Virus record (IMG/VR): IMGVR_UViG_3300045988_020923
Span: 1 to 56,125 of that record
Length of the DNA stretch: 56,125 nucleotides
Reading direction: 5' to 3' (one strand)
From: a virus
The position numbers were made by a program, and so were the translations under genes. Shown piece after piece: positions 50,921 through 56,125 of this stretch (positions within the stretch are counted from its first letter, which is position 1; every line of letters begins with the position of its first letter). The notes beneath the pieces were generated by a model. The model did not search any database. It saw only the letters and a program-made list of their open reading frames with translations, and was not told the DNA's origin.

Positions 50921-52588
50921 ATGCAGCCAAAGCAGTGTATCGCCATCATCGACAGCATCAAAGCGTATGCAAAGCAGAATCCGACCGAAGCACAGGTCTA
51001 TGAGGACTGGTTTCAGGCGGTGGTAAACCTGAGAGATGCCCTGCCGCAAGACAAGCGGTTCGATGCCTACAAATACTCTGGTGAGTTGCGCTCTGTCTGC
51101 GCAGCCATGATGGGCAAGATGAAAACAGGCGAGGACGTGGCGAAGGTCTATGACATTATCGGCCGGACGTACCTGTTTGAAGCAAAGGACGTGTTTGACA
51201 GCTATTGCATCTACCTTGAATGGAATCGTGCGCCGGAAAAGAAGTTCTACCAGCCGAGAAGAAAGGTGCTTCTGACGCTGGTTCGTGACCTAGAGGACTT
51301 GTTTTTCCATCGTGTAGAATTTCTTGGAGTAAGTCAACCTCCGAGAACTGGAAAAAGTACGCTTTGTATATTTTTTATCACATGGCTAATGGGCAACCGC
51401 CCTGACGTTGCATCGGTTATGAGCGGACACTCTGACAAGTTGACAAATGGCTTCTACGGCGAAGTGCTATCTATCATCACCGACCCCGTAACCTACAACT
51501 GGGGTAAAATCTTCCCTGATGTTCAGCTTGTGGACAAGAGCGCAAAGGATGAAAGCGTTGACCTGAACCGAAAGAAGCGTTTCCCAACCCTGACCTGTCG
51601 CTCCATCGGCGGCACGCTGACTGGTGCTGTTGAAATCGGAGAGGGCGGCGTTCTGTACAGCGATGACTTGATTGAGGACTTGGAGGAAAGCCTGAACGTA
51701 GAGCGTCTGAACAACAAGTACGATGCCTATCTAAACCAGCTGAAAGACCGTAAAAAGCAGGGCGCATTGGAGCTGATGGTCGGCACACGTTGGAACGTGC
51801 TTGACCCTCTGGGACGCATCCAAAACCAGTATGCAGACAACCCGAAGTACCGATTCCGTGTGATTCCTGCGGTGGACGAAAACGGACACAGCAACTTCAA
51901 TTATGACTATGGCGTTGGTTTTGACGATGCCTACTATGCTGATATGAAAGCCAGCATTGACGATGCAACATGGTGGGCAAAGTACATGGGCAAGCCCTAT
52001 GTGCGTGAAGGATTGCTGTTCCCTGCCGATGAACTGCGGTATTTCAATGGCGTTCTGCCTGACGGAGAGCCCGATCGCAAGCTCATGGTCATGGATATTG
52101 CATGGGGCGGCGGCGACTTCACGGCCTGCCCTATTGCCTATGTGTACGGAGATGCTGTGTTCATCCCTGATCTCGTGTTTAATAACGGCGATAAGACCGT
52201 GACCAGACCGGAAGTCGTGGGCAAAATCGTCCAGCATAAAATCAATGTGGTGCGCGGCGAAGCCAACAACGGCGGTGACGAATACTGTGATGTGGTAGAC
52301 AGCCAGCTCCGGCAGCAGGGGTATCACTGTTCTGTCCGCAGCCAGCGTGCGCCAAGCGGACAGAGCAAACTATCCAGAATCATCCAGTATGCGCCTGATA
52401 TCAAACGGTTCTATTTCCTTGACGAAAAGCACCAGTCGAAAGAGTATAAGGCGTTCATGGAACAGGTGACGATGTTCACGCAGCTTGGCAAAGTTCCTCA
52501 CGATGATGCGCCGGACAGTCTGGCACAGCTTGCCGATGAATTGTATAACGGAATCAGTAAAATTGAGCCTGTCAAGAGGCCTTTTTGA
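50921..52588 (+). CDS. terL: Terminase large subunit
   Basis: The Walker A-like SQPPRTGKST, nuclease-domain acidic motifs, 555 aa (alternative upstream start 50867). Confidence 0.85.
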   Translation: MQPKQCIAIIDSIKAYAKQNPTEAQVYEDWFQAVVNLRDALPQDKRFDAYKYSGELRSVCAAMMGKMKTGEDVAKVYDIIGRTYLFEAKDVFDSYCIYLEWNRAPEKKFYQPRRKVLLTLVRDLEDLFFHRVEFLGVSQPPRTGKSTLCIFFITWLMGNRPDVASVMSGHSDKLTNGFYGEVLSIITDPVTYNWGKIFPDVQLVDKSAKDESVDLNRKKRFPTLTCRSIGGTLTGAVEIGEGGVLYSDDLIEDLEESLNVERLNNKYDAYLNQLKDRKKQGALELMVGTRWNVLDPLGRIQNQYADNPKYRFRVIPAVDENGHSNFNYDYGVGFDDAYYADMKASIDDATWWAKYMGKPYVREGLLFPADELRYFNGVLPDGEPDRKLMVMDIAWGGGDFTACPIAYVYGDAVFIPDLVFNNGDKTVTRPEVVGKIVQHKINVVRGEANNGGDEYCDVVDSQLRQQGYHCSVRSQRAPSGQSKLSRIIQYAPDIKRFYFLDEKHQSKEYKAFMEQVTMFTQLGKVPHDDAPDSLAQLADELYNGISKIEPVKRPF

Positions 52589-52627
52589 TTAAAAACACAA
52601 TATATTGTGTTCGCTGGGTCTATTTAT

Positions 52628-52657
52628 TTGATTTCACCACTTGACAAGGCTTATAAT
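52628..52657 (+). promoter_or_regulatory. Candidate promoter TTGATT-18-TATAAT
   Basis: Read directly, downstream of terL. Confidence 0.3.
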
Positions 52658-52804
52658 GTACGCAGGAAGATTTGCAGCTTCCTCTAAGGAATAGCCCAGC
52701 GCAGCAAGGTTTTGTCATTTTTACTTGCTTTGGCGTCAATAGGCATATTCCTCCTTTCACCGGTGGAGGTTTTCTCACTCTTTCACCTTCACCGGACTTT
52801 ATAT

Positions 52805-52885
52805 GTTGCGTTTCCAATTGTTTGGGGAATGCCAGTCTGTCTCCCCCATGGCTGGCAAGCAACGGTTCGATTCCGTTACGCAGCA
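52805..52885 (+). ncRNA. tRNA-like element with canonical acceptor and T arms but a non-canonical anticodon region
   Basis: The acceptor GTTGCGT/ACGCAGC, a perfect T arm AACGG-TTCGATT-CCGTT, and a central 49 nt that folds only as TGCCAG/CTGGCA with a 16-nt loop or GGGGA/TCCCC with a 13-nt loop. Confidence 0.4.
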
Positions 52886-53009
52886 CAACTATCTTCTTTG
52901 CTTGGCTTTCTATTCTCTGAATCCTCCACCGCTACTCCCGGCTCTCGATGCAATGGTTAGACATGACATTGCAAAGAGCAGCGGTTAACCAATTAAGCCG
53001 GGTTTCTAT

Positions 53010-53087
53010 GTTGCATTAGCTCAGTTAGGCTAGAGCATCCGGCTCATAACCGGACATACATTGGTTCAAATCCATTATGCAGCACCA
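53010..53087 (+). tRNA. tRNA with CAU anticodon (Met, or Ile2 if lysidine-modified), encoded CCA
   Basis: Manual cloverleaf: acceptor GTTGCAT/ATGCAGC, D arm GCTC-AGTTAGGCTA-GAGC, anticodon arm TCCGG-CTCATAA-CCGGA, T arm ATTGG-TTCAAAT-CCATT (one T-T mismatch), then ACCA. Confidence 0.75.
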
Positions 53088-53255
53088 AAATTGCAGCTGA
53101 CCCGTTTACGTCTGTCCAACAACTGAATGTAAAGGCTGCAATGGTTTTCTTCGGGCGAAGAATAGCACGGCTGGAAGTGCGAACAGTTTCCCAGTAGCTT
53201 CTGACAGGTCTGTGCTCAACAGCCTGTTTCCAGAAATCCAACGAAAGGAGCACAG

Positions 53256-53444
53256 ATGGTAGCAAAAGTCAGATGCAAGCGTCCTCGAAAAGACGCAAAC
53301 GGCAATCCGTGTGATTGCGGACGTTATCTTGGTGAAGTAGAAGGCAAGTTCTCCCTTCTGTGCCCTCTTTGCCATTGGATTACAATTGGAGATTCCAACC
53401 TTCCAAAAGATACATGGGTCTCCGTACCAAAGTTTAAAAACTGA
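53256..53444 (+). CDS. Small zinc-ribbon protein
   Basis: 62 aa, GAAAGGAG RBS; RCKRP...CDCG...CPLCHW. Confidence 0.45.
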   Translation: MVAKVRCKRPRKDANGNPCDCGRYLGEVEGKFSLLCPLCHWITIGDSNLPKDTWVSVPKFKN

Positions 53445-53536
53445 ATAGCTTTTGAAGCGCAGTTGTAAGCGCAGTGAGATAGACCTTAACAGGTTTGTCT
53501 TGCTGCGCTTTTTATTTTGCCGGAAAGGAGGAACAC

Positions 53537-55051
53537 ATGGCCGAGTATCAGATAGTTGTTGATGGCTTTTTGAATGAGCCGCTGACCGGACGCAGACCGA
53601 TTGAAACGCCGGAGACGGAAATCAACCGGGCAAACGTGCTGAAAGTGGTCGCGGGCAAAGCAGAGCCTATTCATCTGCTGAACAAGAACGAGATTCGCTT
53701 TCTGCACAACTACTACTTGGGTAGCCAACCTGTCCTCCACCGCACAAAAGAGTACCATGCTGAAATCACCAATCGCATTGTAGAGAACCACGCCAACGAG
53801 TGCGTGGGCTTCTACACAGGTTACATGAGCGGCACTCCTTGCTCTTATGTGCGGTCTGAAACGGCAACTGGTGACGGTGAGGAAATTGCCCGCCTGTCCA
53901 ATGCCTTGCAGTATGAGGGCAAGGATGCGCTTGATCGGCGGCTTTGGCAGTGGATGTTGGAATGTGGACAGGGATACCGCATTGTTCTCCCTGACAAGGG
54001 GTACAACGGCAACTACCCTGACGAAACGCCCCTTCTGGTGGACGTTCCAGACCCGGATATGGCGTATGTGATTTACAACTCCGGTATTGGACACAAGCCC
54101 ATCGCCAACGTGCTGCACATCCCACGCAATTATCAGAACGACCTGAACGACCTGATTTGCGTATATACGCCAAACCAGTACTTTGAAATCGACAACGGCA
54201 AGGTTACGAAATCGGAGAACCATTCTCTCGGAATGCTGCCGATGGTCGAATACAAGCTGAACCCGGAGCGTATGGGTTTGTTTGAACCGGCTATCCCTGT
54301 GCTGGATTCCATCAACGACCTTGAAAGCAACCGCCTTGATGGTGTGGCACAGTTCATCCAGTCCATCATGGTGTTTACAAACTGTCTTGTGGACAAGGAT
54401 GCTCTCGACCAAGTGAAGGAACTTGGTGCAATGTGCCTGAAATCCACTTCGGGTCTGCCCGCTTCTGTATCGCAGATTGCAAACGAGCTTGACCAGCAGC
54501 AGAGCCAGACCCTGCTTGATTCCATGTTGAACGTGTACCGCAGTTTGACTGCCATGCCCAGTGCCACTGGAAGCGAGAACGCAACGTCTGACAACGTTGG
54601 CGCAGTTATCGTCCGCAACGGCTGGAATCACACCGAAGCAAGGGCGCAGCAGTACGAGAATATGTTCAAGTTCTCGGAACGCCAAAGCCTGTCTGTGATG
54701 CTGAAAATCTTGCGTGACACGGCTGGTTCTAAGCTGATGGCAAGTGACATCAACATCAAACTGCCCCGCCGTCAGTACGATAACCAGCAGAGCAAGGTTC
54801 AGATTTTCGCACAGATGATTCAGCAGCCGATTGACCCGCAGTTGGCGTTCACTACGCCCGGTCTGTTCCCTGACCCGCAGGCTGCTTACGAAATGAGCAA
54901 GCCCTTCCTGATTGCCGCTGGCAAGCTGGGCAAGGATGGGAAAGCACCGAAGCCGCAGGAACAGCCTAAACAGGATGCTACCGGCACAAATGTCGGGAAC
55001 ATGGCAGATGAACAGTCTACCGATACCAATAAAGAAACAGAGGGCGAATAG
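53537..55051 (+). CDS. Portal protein (SPP1 gp6-like)
   Basis: 504 aa from an ATG with AAAGGAGG RBS; the EIRFLHNYYLGSQPVL...ENHANECVGF pattern; position between terL and scaffold. Confidence 0.85.
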   Translation: MAEYQIVVDGFLNEPLTGRRPIETPETEINRANVLKVVAGKAEPIHLLNKNEIRFLHNYYLGSQPVLHRTKEYHAEITNRIVENHANECVGFYTGYMSGTPCSYVRSETATGDGEEIARLSNALQYEGKDALDRRLWQWMLECGQGYRIVLPDKGYNGNYPDETPLLVDVPDPDMAYVIYNSGIGHKPIANVLHIPRNYQNDLNDLICVYTPNQYFEIDNGKVTKSENHSLGMLPMVEYKLNPERMGLFEPAIPVLDSINDLESNRLDGVAQFIQSIMVFTNCLVDKDALDQVKELGAMCLKSTSGLPASVSQIANELDQQQSQTLLDSMLNVYRSLTAMPSATGSENATSDNVGAVIVRNGWNHTEARAQQYENMFKFSERQSLSVMLKILRDTAGSKLMASDINIKLPRRQYDNQQSKVQIFAQMIQQPIDPQLAFTTPGLFPDPQAAYEMSKPFLIAAGKLGKDGKAPKPQEQPKQDATGTNVGNMADEQSTDTNKETEGE

Positions 55052-55145
55052 CCCTTTGCCATAAACACGGCAGGGAAGCCGGGATACAAATTTCGCAGCG
55101 TTGCAGGGAAGCAACGGTAAAAAAACGCAGGAGGAAATTAACAAT

Positions 55146-55727
55146 ATGAAACTCAATGTGTTGCTTGGTGATGCCTACAAAGAGGGCATGACAGCCGATG
55201 AAATCATTTCTGCGCTTGAAAAGGTTGCAGACCCTAACGCAGAAATCGAGAAGCTGCGTAACGCCGTGACGAAAGCAAACGGCGAAGCTTCTGAGTACAA
55301 GAAGCAGCTTAAGGCAAAGCGTACCGATGACGAGAATGCCGCACAGGAACAGGCTGACAAGCTGGCTGAGATGCAGAAGCAGATTGAAGCCCTGACTGCC
55401 GACAAGGAAAACCTCGTCAAGGAAAAGACCCTTGCATCTTACCGCGAAAAGTTCGTTGCACAGGGTTATGACGCTGAACTTGCCAGCAAAGCTGCATCTG
55501 CACTGGCCGACGGTGACATGGACAAGGTGTTTAAGTTCCAGTCGGAGTTTATGACCGCACACGACACCGCTTACAAGGCTTCTCTGCTGAAGGATATGCC
55601 CACACCTCCGGGTGCGGATGGCAAGGGCGGTTCTGACAGCGAAGGCGTTGCGTTTGCTAAGAGCCTTGCACAGCAGAACGCAAATACTTCTAAGGCATCG
55701 AGTGACGCAATGAGTGCTTTCCATTAA
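55146..55727 (+). CDS. Scaffolding protein
   Basis: 193 aa, helical and Lys/Glu/Ala-rich, between portal and capsid genes. Confidence 0.65.
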   Translation: MKLNVLLGDAYKEGMTADEIISALEKVADPNAEIEKLRNAVTKANGEASEYKKQLKAKRTDDENAAQEQADKLAEMQKQIEALTADKENLVKEKTLASYREKFVAQGYDAELASKAASALADGDMDKVFKFQSEFMTAHDTAYKASLLKDMPTPPGADGKGGSDSEGVAFAKSLAQQNANTSKASSDAMSAFH

Positions 55728-55740
55728 CAAGGAGGAAAAC

Positions 55741-56109
55741 ATGAAGTTTACCCGAAACACGGTCAACGGAATCAACGATACCATCCTTGCTTCCAATGAC
55801 TACACCGCCATTCCCTTTACCGTGACAGAAACTGCTGCGGTTAAGGCTGGCTACCCCATGACGCTGGCTGGCAAGAAAGCTGTTGCTGCTGGCGAGACTG
55901 GTTCTAAGACCATCAATGCTGACGGCATCCTGCTGTATGACGTTGACCCGGCAGAGAACCCCAACGCTGCCCTGCTGATTCGTGGTGTTATCGACACCAA
56001 GAAGGCAGCAGCAAGTTCCAGCTTCACCTTTGACGCTGACGCAATCAAGGCACTCAAGACCGCCGTTCCCGGCATCTTCTGCCGTGACAACATCAGCGTG
56101 AACGCTTAA
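55741..56109 (+). CDS. Head decoration-like protein
   Basis: 122 aa, AGGAGG RBS, immediately upstream of the gpE-like capsid gene across the circular junction (lambda D-E arrangement). Confidence 0.5.
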   Translation: MKFTRNTVNGINDTILASNDYTAIPFTVTETAAVKAGYPMTLAGKKAVAAGETGSKTINADGILLYDVDPAENPNAALLIRGVIDTKKAAASSSFTFDADAIKALKTAVPGIFCRDNISVNA

Positions 56110-56125
56110 TAGGAGGTAAAACAAC
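56071..56125. repeat. Terminal 55-bp duplicate of 1-55
   Basis: Exact identity read directly. Confidence 0.95.

Noticed and set aside
52641-52657. TTGACA followed by TATAAT near 52641-52657 as a consensus promoter
   Set aside because: The two hexamers are only 5 nt apart. Only the upstream TTGATT (18-nt spacer) can pair with this -10, and that pairing is itself low confidence.
53091-53150. TTGCAGC...GCTGCAA stem plus TGGTTTTCTTC as the terminator of the tRNA transcript
   Set aside because: The loop of about 38 nt is too large for a confident intrinsic terminator call.
1-56125. Diversity-generating retroelement, retron or other reverse-transcriptase system
   Set aside because: No ORF with RT motifs (YxDD) was seen, and there are no template/variable repeat pairs near the tail-fibre gene.

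Overview
The window is a complete, circularly closed dsDNA phage genome of about 56,070 bp. The first 55 bp are identical to the last 55 bp, which is an assembly overlap. Gene content looks like a temperate siphovirus of a Firmicutes/Clostridia-type host.

Plus-strand late module, wrapping the window ends:
- YjcQ-like protein, TerL, a tRNA region, portal, scaffold and decoration protein, then across the junction the gpE-like major capsid.
- Connector and neck genes, major tail protein, and G/GT chaperones with an A_AAA_AAC -1 frameshift.
- A 1404-aa tape measure, tip proteins, a Big_2/LamG fibre and an SGNH esterase.
- A GH25 endolysin and holins.

The rest of the genome, in order:
- A terminator-bounded 3-kb cargo cassette of six unknown Cys/Gln/Pro-rich and membrane proteins (14.9-18.0 kb).
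- A minus-strand plasmid-type maintenance operon (18.0-22.5 kb): Rep_3-like initiator with five 21-23-bp iterons, ParA, an RHH ParG-like protein, a Lar-like protein and a CX5R phosphatase.
- Two repressor/Cro-like switch regions (22.8-25.7 kb).
- A long early operon (25.7-43.3 kb): antirepressor, ERF, SSB, RecU-like resolvase, ASCH, two atypical methyltransferase-like genes, a displaced TerS-like gene, replisome organizer plus DnaB helicase, and a radical SAM enzyme.
- A roughly 2.1-kb gene-free region (43.3-45.4 kb) packed with four families of short phased repeats.
- An accessory and regulatory region (45.4-50.3 kb): a small minus-strand operon flanked by GC-rich islands, a lipoprotein, an AntA/ORF6C antirepressor with RHH partner, and a truncated serine recombinase.

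The most interesting points:
1. A phage-plasmid architecture with two replication systems and no tyrosine integrase.
2. A 230-bp array of 10-bp tandem repeats inside the ParG-like ORF.
3. Fourteen same-strand CGACTAT boxes in the gene-free region.
4. Phased C5 tracts next to a duplicated origin-box module that also occurs inside the organizer gene.
5. A zinc-ribbon-only NrdR homologue.
6. A non-canonical tRNA-like element beside a tRNA(CAU).

All family assignments are by-eye motif recognition. No database search was run.
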